36,560 nucleotides of DNA from Azolla caroliniana (GCA_043228905.1 JBHGNT010000307.1:1-36560); one strand, 5' to 3'; positions 1 through 11,670 are shown, counted from the first letter of the stretch. Numbers and translations: made by a program. Notes: generated by a model from the letters alone, not told the origin.

Positions 1-812
1 AGGACTTTTCTTGCTAGAGCTCAAGAGACAACGAGAAAAGTTGTTAAAGAATACAGCCACACAAGCTCATCCACAAAGAACAATCACAACTTTCTTTAGC
101 CCCATCACTCCTATTAATGCTACAAGTCCATCATGGGATACACAAATGGGCCCCGGACTAGGACATAACAAAGGGGTTACAATTGATCGGGCAATAGCAA
201 TTTGCCGTGCATGTAGGCCCCGCCCCCATGGACCACGACCTCGACACCCTTGTCATCGAGAGATTAAAGCCATTATCTCCCACCATCGTAGGTGCTTCCC
301 TCACTTCGGAGACATTTCCATTCTGGATCAACCTATGCTATAGATCTTTCGAAGACAAAAGCTACAATATACCTAACTTGAGAATCTCATTTCTTCTCTT
401 TTCATCTTATTTACTTTTATATTTACTCTGTAGTATTTATTTTATTTTGATTTGTTCGCAAAGACGAGAAAACACTCAAGATGTAATCTCTTATTTCGTC
501 TCAAATGTGCCAAAAACCAAATTCCCTCATTTCTTCTCTTTTCATCTTATTTACTTTTATATTTACTCTAGTATTTATTTTATTTTGATTTGTTCGCAAA
601 GACGAGAAAACACTCAAGATGTAATCTCTTATTTGGTCTCAAATGTGCCAAAAACCAAATTCCCTCATTTCTTCTCTTTTCATCTTATTTACTTTTATAT
701 TTACTCTGTAGTATTTATTTTATTTTGATTTGTTTGCAAAGACGAGAAAACACTCAAGATGTAATCTCTTATTTGGTCTTATAGGCCATTTTGGCCTCTT
801 AAAAGACAGTAA

Positions 813-813
<1 letters not shown>
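1..813 (+). mobile_element. 3' end of a non-LTR retrotransposon (LINE; C-terminus of ORF2 plus 3' UTR), 5' part outside window
   Basis: The frame beginning GLFLLELKRQREKLL lines up positionally with the C-terminus of the adjacent LINE (SSYVYALLTHRDFVL). The region ends in an AGGCCA-TTT-TGGCCT stem-loop nearly identical to that of the second LINE, followed by a (CT)n tract. Confidence 0.5.
386..779. repeat. Tandem repeat, ~140-bp unit, ~2.8 copies (starts 386, 526, 664)
   Basis: Near-identical units CTCATTTCTTCTCTTTTCATC...CCAAATTCC with periods of 140 and 138 bp. Confidence 0.95.

Positions 814-858
<45 letters not shown>
814..858. repeat. (CT)n microsatellite
   Basis: Direct reading. Confidence 0.95.
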
Positions 859-1538
859 ACTGTCATGAAGTGAAAGACGAAAAGAGATGTATCATCCGAC
901 CTTGCTACGAAAAAGCTAAGATGTATGCAAATGAAGTGGAGAACCATTTGTTAAATTTTTCTCTAAGCAATGATGTTAAAGAAAATTGGCAACATTTGAA
1001 GGATATAATCCTTAAGGTTGGATATCAATGCTTTAAGAGACATGTGGGTGGGCATAAGGTGTGTAGTTTTCCATGTAATTCTTGGTTCGACGATGAATGT
1101 AAGATGTATCTCAAATGGTTTAAGTCCATAGAAGGGGGGAATGAAAAGATTGTTGCATGGCACATCTACAAGAAAGTAGTGAGGACAAAGAAAAGAAGAT
1201 TGTAACGAATTTGAAGACATGTAAAGTATGCAATGAAGGCATGGTAGAGGATGAATGTCACTTGCTCTTCACATGCTCGACATATAGTGTAATTCGTTCA
1301 AGATATGTTGACATACTAAGAGGGAATGATAACTTAAGATCCATACTTAAGACACCACCTAGAAGGTTGAGCTCATATGTGTATGCTTTATTAACACATA
1401 GAGACTTTGTGCTTCAACATATGAATACCCCTTCTTAGGAAGGAGACATATATCAAGAACACATGTATACGCTGGTCCCATAGGTCAAAATTGGCCTCTT
1501 TATGGACGATAAAAATTCTAATTCTAATTCTAATTCTC
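859..1538 (+). mobile_element. Internally deleted LINE (RTE/L2-like, tandem-repeat tail)
   Basis: The EN-RT linker motif FPCNSWFDDEC (870-1205) is joined directly to the C-terminal zinc knuckle CKVC...EDECHLLFTC (1157-1438), with no RT between them. It ends in a 3' stem-loop and an (ATTCTA)n tail at ~1514-1538. Confidence 0.7.
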
Positions 1539-1603
1539 GACTACACAACACATAACACATACACACACCTTTCGCTGCACAAAATCATATCCGATTCTTT
1601 ACA
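1539..1603 (+). repeat. Remnant (3' part) of the 5' LTR of copia A
   Basis: Matches 9258-9315 (GACTA.ACAACACATA...CCTTTCGCTGC..A.AATCATATC.GATTCTTTACA). Confidence 0.85.
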
Positions 1604-1614
1604 TGGTATTAGAG
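1604..1614 (+). promoter_or_regulatory. Primer-binding site (tRNA-iMet type) of copia A
   Basis: TGGTATTAGAG immediately after the LTR-terminal CA; canonical form is TGGTATCAGAGC. Confidence 0.85.
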
Positions 1615-4600
1615 GGCTTGGTAGCTTGATCCAAGTCCATCCGTGTGTGTTGTGTCTAAGCCCACGCTCACGAAGAACCGGCCGATCACTGTTGCAGCAA
1701 TCTGCACAGCTCGTATCAAGAGAAGTGTTGCCTGGTAGGACAAGTGTGACAAGTGGGAAACGAACCAAAGGGAGCTGAGACTAACAGTTGAAGAAGGGAA
1801 GCCGACGATCAAGGAAGGAGCAGGTGGAAAGCATCGAGCAGAAGAGAAAATATATATAGCGAGCAACGAACACAGGGGGATCTTAGAAGACTAAACCGAG
1901 GAATAGACTAATAGAGAGTGTGTGAGTGTTTACCGATTATACTCGGTACTTGTATGCTACACGTAGTGAACATACATATATGCTTTGTGGGTAACCTTCG
2001 TGTCTATCTCATTCCTATTCATATCTCTCTATATAACGTTCGGTCTGTGTACGGACGAATATACGAATTAGTTGTAGCCGATTCCGAAGTGTGTCAATCT
2101 CATTCTCTATAAGCGATCCGATCCACGCTCATTAGTACGTCGTGACCCTGAGTCCCTTATGCACCACGATTTCTTGACCCGATTACTCAGGAGGAGTAAT
2201 CGAAGGTGTTCTCCGGGAGGGAGTAACAAGAAGAAGAAAACTCGTTGCATACAAATCGATCAACATGAACACTCAGATGTGAAGCGCCCTTCCCACCGAG
2301 AAACTCGACAAAAACAACTTCGCATCTTGAGAATACAAGATGCACCAATACCTTGTCGGCCAAGGCTATTGGAGTTACATCAAAGGAGCACAAGAAAATC
2401 AACCCAACCCGGCACATGCCTACCACCCAGCTGGGAGCAAGCGGCGAGTCACATGATGTATTGCCTTGCATCATGCGTTTATGATCGTATGCTCGGCTAC
2501 ATCCGAGAGGCCAAAATGCCAAAAGAGGCGTGGGGAAACCTCAAAAATATATTCGCGGCCAACACAACTACATGAAACCTTCAACTTCACCAAGAGTTGA
2601 ACGGCATACAAGAGAGGGATATGTCAATCGACAACTACACCTTGAAGATTAAGGAGCTATGCAACAATGAAATGGTGTAGATATGCCTTGGTGGCCTCAC
2701 CTCAGTTCAGCGCGATAAGGTCAGTCGTCCTCGCAAGGGAGAATCCTCTCTCATTCTTTGATCTCCAATCAATGCTACTGGTTGAAGAAAATCACGTCCG
2801 AACGAGGAGCAATGTGCAAGGACACATGCTCTATTCGAACTCAGATGGAGGAAAGGGGCAAGGTCGTGGAAGACGAGGCCGATTCGGCCAAGGCTGACAC
2901 AACCAAGAACAACCCCGAGAACACAACTTCTACTACTAGCAAGACATTTCAACTCACGAGGCGGAGCATCTGGAAGAAGGGGGAGCAATCATGCTGGACC
3001 CAGCCGACAAAACAATTCCGTCTAGTGCGGATACTGTGGCAAATTCGGCCATCACGAGGCAAAGTGTCGAAAGAAGAAGAGTGAGTTGGCTTTCACACGC
3101 CGACAACTTACTAACTACGCCTCAAATTCCGACTACGACGATCGTGGCAGAATGTTCATGATGTGGTATAGGGCAAATTCGGTGACAACATCGTGTCCGA
3201 CAAGCACCTCCAACTCAGAAAATATATGGTTTGTCGACTCGGGTGCATCCAATCACATGACATCTCATGAAGATTGGTTTCGAGAGCTACGAAAGCCCGA
3301 ACGACCCGGCTATGTGAAAACTAGGGATAACACAATTCACCCCATTTAGCATGTCGGTAACATCCCATTCGGCGAAGAGGGCAAAAAACCTACATCAAGA
3401 ATGTCTTGCATGTTCCAACAATAACGAAGAACCTAGTCTTGATCGGCCAGATTGTGGAACAGGGCATGCAAGTTCGGTTCAATGGTGGAAGATGCTTCAT
3501 CGAAAAGGAAAGCCGAATTATCGATCGTGGACGAAGAGAAGGCCGAATGTTCATCCTTGATTCTCATGAGATGAAATAGGCAATGTTTGCCAAGGGCCAT
3601 AAAGTCGACACCGACATAGAGCTATGGCACAAAAGAATCGGCCACATTAATCTCCTGAAGCTCAAAGGTATGCAGTCGAAAGGAGTCGTCATCAAACTCC
3701 CGACCTTTACTAAGAAGGAGATTACAAGTGTATGCGAAGCCTAACAGTTCGGCAAACAAAATCGTTAACCGGTCCAGAAAGAGAGGAACATGATCAAAGG
3801 GATCCTAGATGTAATACATTCAGATGTATGGGGATCAACCCAAACGGCAACACTCGGTGGTTGTTGGTACTATGTGACATTCATCGACGACTTCTCTAGG
3901 CACACCTGGATCTACCCTATGCGACAAAAAAGCGAAGTGTTCAGACACTTCCAAAAATTTAAAAATGAGGTCGAAAAAGTCACAAATCGGCACGTCCGAT
4001 GCCTTCAATTTGATGGGGGTAAAGAGTACTTCTCAGTTGAATTCACAGCTTATCTCCGAAAGGAAGGAATTCAACGAGAATTCTCATGCCGACACACACC
4101 TTAGCAGAACGGAGTAGCCGCACGAAAGAACCGGCATATACTCCAAGTGACACGAGCAATGATGAATGAGAAAAAATTGTCGAAATCATATTGGGCTGAA
4201 GCGGCGAACACGGCCGTCTATCTAATGAGTTAGTGCACAACATCCAGAGTGCACGATGTCATCCCCCACGAGAAGTTCTATGGAAAGAAGCCGAACCTAT
4301 CCCACAGTAAGATATTCAGCTCGGTCGCGTTTGTACATATTCCCGACGAGAAGCGGCAAAAGTTTGATCCTAAGTCGGAGAAATGCATCCTCGTGGGGTA
4401 CTCGCGTGAACAAAATGGGTATAAATGTTTCAACTCTGCTACCAAGAAGGTACGAGTTAGTTGGATGTCGTATTCGACAAATCAGCATCCTAGTACACAG
4501 TCAGCCCAGCTCCACCCAATCCAATCAAAACCAATTTCGATATAGACTTGGAGGAGGATCGACTAAGGCTCCCGTCAAAGGAGAGTCCAATCTCAACTAG

Positions 4601-5446
4601 ATTGAGCGGACCTCAAGAGCCTCCGAGCGACCAAAGCACATCGCGACGGAGTCCAAAGATGGACAAAGGAAAGGCCAAAATGCCTGAGTACGAAGATTGA
4701 GATAGAAACGAATCGAATCACTCACCAAGAAGTGAGTACAGTGGATTGGATGTTCCTAACATTAGGACACTAGGAGCTGAGAAAGTGATCACGAAGACAA
4801 GTGAACCACCCGAGAAAAGAACATAGTTAGCCGATTCGGCTACAAAGACTACATGGCATACCACTATGCCTTTATGATGAAGGTGGCGACAATTCGGGAA
4901 CCGGAAAGCTTTTCTGAAGCCGTTAAGAACCCGCGATGGGTTGAAGCGATGAATGAGGAGATGCAAGCACTCTCCAAAAACGAGACATGGGATCTCGTCC
5001 CCTCCTCACCTCACCAAAAGGCAATCGATGTTGGTGGATATTCAAGGTGAAGCACAATGCCAACAACACCGTCAATCGGTATAAGGTCCGGCTTGTGGCA
5101 AAACGGTATGAGCAGACACACAGGGTCGATTATGAAGAGACCTTTGCCCCAGTGGCAAAGATGACAACAATTCGAACCGTGATCATGCTTGCGGCAGCCA
5201 AATGGTGGCACCTCCACCAAATGGACGTGAAGAACACCTTTCTCCAAGGCGAGTTCGAAGAGGTGTACATGGTACAACCACCCGGATTGAAGTCGAGCAT
5301 GCATCCGACTATTGTCTGCCGACTCAAAAAACCTCTCTACGATCTCAAGCAAGCATCTAGAGCATGGCATTCGAAGATAACTCACTATCTTCACCAAATC
5401 GGCTTCAAAATGTCCAAGTCCGGGAATTCATTGTTTCACTCCAGAG

Positions 5447-5625
5447 TAGGGATCGGCAACGGCTCGGCTCAAGCCTAAACCGTTTGGCTTAGCCGGCTTA
5501 ACGACTTAGCGGCTCAGCTCGGTTTAGGCTTGAACTTGCCTTAATGGTTTGAGCTCGGCTCGCCTTGGCTTGAGCCTCGCCAAACCGGCTCAAGCCAGCT
5601 AAGCCGTTTAAGCCGTTTATAAACT
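5447..5625 (+). mobile_element. Probable hAT-like DNA transposon end (one terminus with subterminal repeats) inserted in copia A RT
   Basis: Starts TAGGGATCGGCAAC, resembling plant hAT TIRs, followed by clustered GGCTC/GAGCC/AAACCG motifs. No matching second TIR or TSD was found. Confidence 0.5.
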
Positions 5626-5718
5626 TTAGAGAGAGGGGGAGAGAGAGAGAGAGAGAGAGAGTGAGGGAGACTAAACAGACGATGGGAGAGAGAGTGAGGG
5701 AGGGAGAACTACATAGAC

Positions 5719-5752
<34 letters not shown>

Positions 5753-5785
5753 TACATAGAGGGGAGAGAGAGAGAGAGAGAGAGA
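5626..5785. repeat. Compound (GA)n array with ACTACA(T/C)AGAGGG spacers (left part)
   Basis: Direct reading; the array continues at 7736-7890 on the other side of the L1. Confidence 0.9.
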
Positions 5786-7735
5786 CTTTTTCTTTTCCAT
5801 AACAACATTCGCATTGAGCGTGTCAATATTTCAAGAGCTTTCTTTGACCATGGGAGCAAAGGAAGATAATAAGATACCATAGAGACCATAATCGATTGGA
5901 CCACCTTAAGTCGTACATGAAAAGGCCAAATTTGAGACCTCCAATACATAAACTTATCCTCCAACCTTTTGGACACCCACTCAATAAGTTTCACATGAGA
6001 AACTTCCACCCCAATTGGATATCCAAGGTGACGAAAAATCATGCCACGATGTACTATCCTTCTTGACCACCCCAACCCCAACACATCTTGTTCTATACAT
6101 GAAATGAGGGCGGATTTATGTATATTAATTCTCAACCCTGAAGCATTTGAAAACAATTCCCATACATCTCTTGTCTTACTAATATTTTCCCGATTAGGTG
6201 CCAAAAACATAATATGGTCATCTGCTAGAGCTTGAACAATACATGGCTTCCCTGATGGCAACCTTAGTCCAAGCAATTCTTCCTCCATAGCCATATTGTG
6301 TAACTTAACAAGAATAGGATGTGTCACAATAGTGAATAGGGAAAAGTGCCTTGTCGTGGTTGGCATGGGATCATGTTTGTACTCCGAAGCGTCTTGGCAG
6401 AGCATCAATATTAAATCTATATGAGCACTTTCATTCGATTTATGCTTGAAGGTGTACAACCTTGGACAAAAATGGTGGCATACTTTATAGAGAAGAACGG
6501 AATAAAGCTTGGAAACATGAAGGTTGAAGCAAATTGGTGGAATGTAATTAATTTTGATAGGGATGTCAAATGTGCAGGGTTTATGATAGTTGATCATTTG
6601 TTGACATCATGGCAAAGTATGTTAGATTTTGTGGAATGGCATCCCCCACAAAAAAGGGGATGTGCCAATTCATTACAAATGGAGGTTTTGGCGACATCAA
6701 GGTTGTTGAAGTGGGAAGGTAAGCAAAATTTTAACCTTCAATTTAATCGGATGGCTAGATTGGGTTTGGTAACAATTAAGGATGCTATGTTGGTGTCACA
6801 AAGAAGATTAATGGCTTTTCGAACAATCAGATCAACATTTCGTATTCCAAAAGGTTATACCTTTATTTGGGATAAGTTGCAACAAATACTATCTTCGTAT
6901 GAGCCAATTCCTTATTTAGATGGGCGATCTCAAGAGCTTGATTGGAGGTTTGTTGGAAATAAGAGATTGACTATGATCTCAACAAATGTTGCTTATCACA
7001 CATTGATTAACAAACATAAGTGGTTGGAAGAAAGGGTTATAAAGATATGGGGGTTTCATAAGCCCATTACTTGGTGGCTTCATGTGATCAAGGCAGGTTG
7101 GTGTTCTCGATTAATGCTACGAGCCAAGGTATTTGTTTGGAGAGTTATGATTGGAGCTTTACCATTGGGGGATGCATTAAAAAAAAGAAACATTACTAAA
7201 GGATTGTGCTTCTTTTGTTTGGTAGAATTGGAACATAGTAGGCATCAATTTATTTCCTGCCTGATGGCAAGGATGGTTTGGAGGTGTATCAGTTTAGTGT
7301 GGATGTCTCTAACCGGAGTACGTCTATCTTCCTTCAATTGGGTTTTTGCACATATGGAGAACAATGAACCAATGCCTCATTCTTAAATTATTTTTGAGTT
7401 CTTGAGGTATTGGGGGCTATGGTTCAATTGGAATATGCGGAATGCCTTCATTTTTTATTCGCAAGTGAGGGTGAGAAAATATGTTCTAAAGTTAAAAGGA
7501 CTTCTTTTGTGGCAATTGACAGTGCTAGAGAAGTCACGAAATCTCAATCAGGAAGAGAGAGAACTCTGCAAGGTCACATATCATCATATTCGCCATTTGA
7601 ATTGGTGTGTAGGGTGGCTTTGAGTTTGGTGTCGTAGTTTTCTTTAGATCCCTAGATAGAAGGGGTTCTATAGTTTGTTGTAAGTTAGTCATGGTGGTGT
7701 TTTTTCTTTCGTAATGAAAGCCATTATTTACAAAA
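5786..7735 (+). mobile_element. 5'-truncated L1-clade LINE with inverted 5' segment (5786-~6341 on minus; ~6342-7735 on plus)
   Basis: The minus segment encodes RT/thumb (QALADD...SGLRINIHKS...RHLGYPIG...MLLWKRK). The plus segment continues with SALSWLAWDHVCTPKRLG, then the zf-RVT (KVFVWR...CFFC..ELEHSRHQFISC) and an A-rich 3' end. Both sides are flanked by (GA)nCT. Confidence 0.88.
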
Positions 7736-7890
7736 GAGAGAGAGAGAGAGAGAGAGAGACTACACAGAGGGGAGAGAGAGAGAGAGAAACTACACAGAGG
7801 GGAGAGAGAGAGAGAGAGACTACACAGAGGGGGGAGAGAGAGAGGGAGAGAATCGAGACCACAAACATGAGAGAGAGAGTGGGAGGGAGA
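7736..7890. repeat. Compound (GA)n array with ACTACACAGAGGGG spacers (right part)
   Basis: Direct reading. Confidence 0.9.
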
Positions 7891-8951
7891 GCTTGTACAA
7901 TGTATACTATATAGTATATAGTGGATCATCTGGATGACTTGGTCTCTAGAGGAGAGCACTTAGTTGATATCAATCATATCAAAAAGCTTCTCTCATGATC
8001 TCCCAACGACATTATATCCTCAATCTTCTTTACAAGTTTGGGATGACAGAGTGTAAGCGCGTCGATACTCCTCTCGATCGAAATCTAAAACTAGATGTTG
8101 AGTTTGGCACAGAAGAGTGTGAGCCGACTTTCTATCGTCAACTAGTTGGAAGCCTTATTTATCTCACCATTACTCGGCCCAACCTTAGCTACCCGGTCGG
8201 CCTCCTTAGCCAATTTATGCAAACACCACAGAACAGTCACTTGGACTATGCTAAGCGAGTGTTACGCTATGTAAGTGGGATGACAAGCTTCGGCATCCTC
8301 TACAAATTGGCCACCAATTCGACTCAAAGGGTACACCAATGCCTATTGGGTTGGCTACAAAGCCAACAAATGATCAACATCGAGATTCGCCTTCTCCCTC
8401 GGCACCGGAGCCATATTGTGGAGCAGTAAGGAGCAGCCGACAATCGCACTATCGAGCACAAAAGCCGAATGCAAGGGTGTGGTCGTCGCCGCATGTGAAG
8501 CCGTTTGGCTCAAAAGAATATTCAAGGATCTGGGCGTTCCCATCAAGGATCTGATTCTCCTGTATTAAGACAACATGAGCAGCATCCACCTGGCCCGCAA
8601 CCCAATATTCCATGCTCGAACTAAGCACATTGAGGTGCATTATCATTTTATTCGAGAGCGTGTCCTAGCCGAAGATGTCAACCTGCAACACATCGGCACG
8701 AACCTGCAGACGGCTGACATCTTCACAAAGGCCCTGGGCGTAGACAAGCTGCAGCAGTTCACAATGAACCTAGGTCTCTCAATCACCGACCAACCGAGCT
8801 TGAGGAGGTATAAGGAACCGTCTGACACGACGTCAATCGGATCAGAACCGTGAACAGTCACGTGAGTGAGCCGACCATCCGAAGCCGAAGTCGACCCGAA
8901 GACCAGTCCGAACCAACTATTCGGCGACCAAAAGTTGCGTTTGAAGGGGCG

Positions 8952-9315
8952 TGTTGAGAATCAAACTCAACTTCCCTAGTGTGGGAACACACCTTATGAA
9001 CACCCAAGTGTGTGAACATCCCACCTCCTTTGTATCATAACTAATGTGTCATAGAAGTTAAGTCCTATGACACATATTTAGTAGGTAGTTAAGTCTCCAC
9101 CTCTTTTGTAAGAGATGGTTGTAGTGAGAGAACATAGAGAGAAGGTGACTACATAAGCACCTTCTCCTCCTCTTTGTAATTGTTGGCTCATTCTTGTTCT
9201 TGTTAATACAGTTTTCTGTTTTTCTATATAACACAATGTTTTCTCTCTCTCTCTCTCGACTAAACAACACATACACGCACCTTTCGCTGCGCAGAATCAT
9301 ATCGGATTCTTTACA
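8952..9315 (+). repeat. 3' LTR of copia A (364 bp)
   Basis: TGTTGAG...TTTACA, preceded by PPT TGAAGGGGCG; its 3' end matches the 5' LTR remnant. Confidence 0.88.
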
Positions 9316-9923
9316 TTTCACATAGGGAATCATCATAGTATCATGCTTTTGGGTTACACAAGGCCAATCCCAAATATGCTATAGAACACGTCATATTATG
9401 ACAGCCTCCGACATGATTTTCAGGAACTTGTTCAAGTCTGCATTAACTTTCAAGAACTCCAAAGGGGGATGGAACCACCATGAATGACATTAGGAATGAA
9501 CTTTGCTTGTTACTTGATCACAGAACCAAACTCATGGAAGTTACATACGGCCAAATTAGGAAACAGGCTTAGTTTCCCGTTTCAGCTTTTGCTTTTCATT
9601 TTATTTAACTATTTCAGACTTTTTCTTTTTCTTTTTGTTCTACTATCTTAAAATCCCCAACCTACATGGGGAAGAGAGTACTTTTAACAACTTTCGGTTC
9701 AGTGGGTCGGGTTGGCTCCACACAGACATTACTATATCATAAGCATCATCTCCCTCTTCTTGATATATTCCATTTTTATCTTATATCCAACATGTGAATG
9801 GTGTTTCAAGTAATGGGCTGTAATTTTGATATCAAAGGTCATTTTGACCTTGGAGACACATTGATTCTGCGCTTCAATTCAACTCATTTCATTTCTCTCA
9901 TGTTAGAGTTATAGTTGTCTCAC

Positions 9924-10036
9924 CTTCGAGAAGAAGAACTGCTCCATAGAAAAGGTACCGATACACGTCCCGATCTCCATTCTTCAGAAGTGAGACAAGA
10001 GATCCTACAGTCTCGAAAAGCAGACCTAAGCGTCCA
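9924..10036 (-). CDS. ATR: Serine/threonine kinase ATR, coding exon 3
   Basis: AG acceptor 10038-10037 and GT donor 9923. Encodes (S)GRLGLLFETVGSLVSLLKNGDRDVYRYLFYGAVLLLE, similar to the plant ATR N-terminus (recalled as GVLLETVGSLLMLLR). Phase is consistent with exon 2. Confidence 0.85.
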
Positions 10037-10121
10037 CTAAAGTGATGGGTCTTATCAAAGATATGGGTTAAATGAAACAATTTCCTCATTCTGTTTTACA
10101 TAGTAATGGATGGAGCAATAC

Positions 10122-10266
10122 CTGACTGCTGGTTCGGTGAAGAATGGAAAGACTTGGCCAAATATTGGAATAACGGCAAAAGCCTTTCCACGATAAAATA
10201 CTCCTGGATAATTCTTCACAGTGTGGCAAAGAAGCTTGAGGATTGCAGTAAATTCCCTTTCTTTCA
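10122..10266 (-). CDS. ATR: Serine/threonine kinase ATR, coding exon 2
   Basis: TTTCAG acceptor and CAG|GTA donor. Encodes (V)KEREFTAILKLLCHTVKNYPGVFYRGKAFAVIPIFGQVFPFFTEPAV, matching plant ATR (recalled as REVTAVLKL..HT..N.PGVFY). Confidence 0.88.
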
Positions 10267-10777
10267 CTGAAAGTAACCAAAAAAGGGTTGTGGAAAAGGG
10301 AGAACGAAGGAGAAGAAAAAAAATTAGAAGAATAATGGGTTTTATCTTCTACAGATGGAAACGAGAAAAGAAGGAAGAGAGATTTCCATCACAGTGGTTA
10401 TTGAAAACGTAGAAGGAAGAAGAAACACTTTATCTTCCTCAGGATAAGCATGAGAAAGAAGAAAGAAGAAACGGTTCTGCCAGAGAAACATAAGGAAAAA
10501 CAGAGAAGAAGGAAGAAATGCATTACTTTTCATCATCGGGGGAAGATGAAGAAAAGAGAGACGGAATGCATCACCTTTGAGAGAATGAGAAGTAAAAAGG
10601 AAAGACGACTGACTCTTTAACCAGAGATGGATGAAGAAAGAATAAATTAAATGTACCTTCCAACAGAACAGAATCAACAAGAATCGAGAAGAAAGAAGAA
10701 AGTGTTCATGTTTCACACTTCATTGAAGAAGAAGAAGAAGAAATAGTGGAAAGAAGAGATAGAGTGGTTTTTCTAAC

Positions 10778-10940
10778 CTTTGTTAGGGACGAAGTAGCTA
10801 TGGAGCAGATTTGGGAGAACAGACCGGAATCGAGCTTCGACGGGGTCTTCTTCATCTTGCTGAGTGCTGCAGGAAGAATCGCCATTGTTGCTCGCGAGTC
10901 TCTCTCCTAAATCCTGCAGAAGGCCGAACAAGTCCGCCAT
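10778..10940 (-). CDS. ATR: Serine/threonine kinase ATR, coding exon 1 (not in ORF track)
   Basis: ATG at 10940 (GCCATGG context) gives MADLFGLLQDLGERLASNNGDSSCSTQQDEEDPVEARFRSVLPNLLHSYFVPNK, then an AAG|GTTAG donor. The 163-nt length puts it in frame with exon 2. It resembles the plant ATR start (recalled as LVHELRER...LEIRFRAVIPNLL.TYVVP). Confidence 0.88.
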
Positions 10941-11376
10941 GGCTGAGGAAGAAGCTCTGAGGCGAGAGAAGAAGGAAGAAGAAGAAGAAGAAGAAACGGA
11001 GCCTGTATCTCTTCCCGCGCTTTATACGAATGAGAAGAAACGGGGGCCCCTTTTGCCGTTTCGTCCGTTTCTACCAAAATTCCCGGAATACCCCTGCCGT
11101 TTCGGACAGCGTTTCACAAATCTCTTTCTTCTTCTTCTTCTTCTTCTTCTTCTTTGCTCTATTTCTGAAATGAATGGTGGAGAAACACAAAGAGTTCCGA
11201 CAAAGAGAAAGAGAGAAAGAGAGAGAGAAGAAGAGGGTTTTTGGGGGCTCTCTCGAAGCGCCCAAAAAACGGATGTTTCCGGAAACGGGGGGGGGGAGAA
11301 GAGAGGAGAGAAGACTTGTGGGTTACCCCAAAAGAAAAAGGAAAATGGTCGAAAACCATTATCTCCCGAAAGCTTG

Positions 11377-11670
11377 GCCCCAACAAGAGCTTGACGGAAA
11401 GGGGTCCTAAGGAGCTAACACATGTCTCCTGAAAAAGCCCACCTCTCTCCTAACATGAGCTTCACGGAAATTATCCCGAAGAGCTAATGCATGTCTCCAG
11501 AAAAAGCCCACCTCTCCCCCAACATGAGCTTCACGGAAAGGATCCCAAGGAGCTAACGCATATTTCCGGAAAAAAACCCACTTCTCCCCCAACATGAGCT
11601 TGATGGAAAGGATCGTGAGGAGGTGAAATGATCCGAAACCGTGTCTCCTGAAAAAAGCCCACCACAACAT
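11377..11670. repeat. 69-bp tandem repeat, ~3.5-4 copies, in the ATR / ORF277 intergenic region
   Basis: AGCTAA.(A/G)CAT.T.TCC.GAAAAA.CCCAC.TCTC.CC.AACATGAGCTT.A.GGAAA recurring at 11413, 11482 and 11551. Confidence 0.9.

Larger units (their letters stand above)
1539..9315 (+). mobile_element. Ty1/copia LTR retrotransposon A, degenerate, with nested insertions
   Basis: 5' LTR remnant 1539-1603, PBS TGGTATTAGAG, gag (EKLDKNNFAS..YKMHQYL from ~2265), protease WFVDSGASNHMT, integrase (IHSDVWG...FIDDFSR), RT (LHQMDVKNTFL; VDDL at ~7931), RNase H (HARTKHIEVHYHF), PPT and 3' LTR 8952-9315. Many stops and frameshifts. Confidence 0.92.

Noticed and set aside
386-779. Regular repeats (here, 11377-11670, and the GA arrays with constant spacers) as a CRISPR-like array
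   Set aside because: Units are head-to-tail with no unique spacers, the context is eukaryotic, and there are no cas genes.
7647-7654. GATCCCTA as the partner TIR of TAGGGATC at 5447
   Set aside because: Only 8 bp, lies inside the L1 3' UTR, and the flanks (CTCCAGAG vs GATAGAAG) give no 8-bp TSD.
9835-9851. AAGGTCATTTTGACCTT hairpin resembling the LINE 3' stem-loop
   Set aside because: No adjoining tail or LINE sequence; may be chance.
10864-11394. 176-aa plus-strand ORF and overlapping ORFs
   Set aside because: Low-complexity translation of (GAA)/(CTT)/(GA) tracts, antisense to ATR exon 1 and its 5' region.
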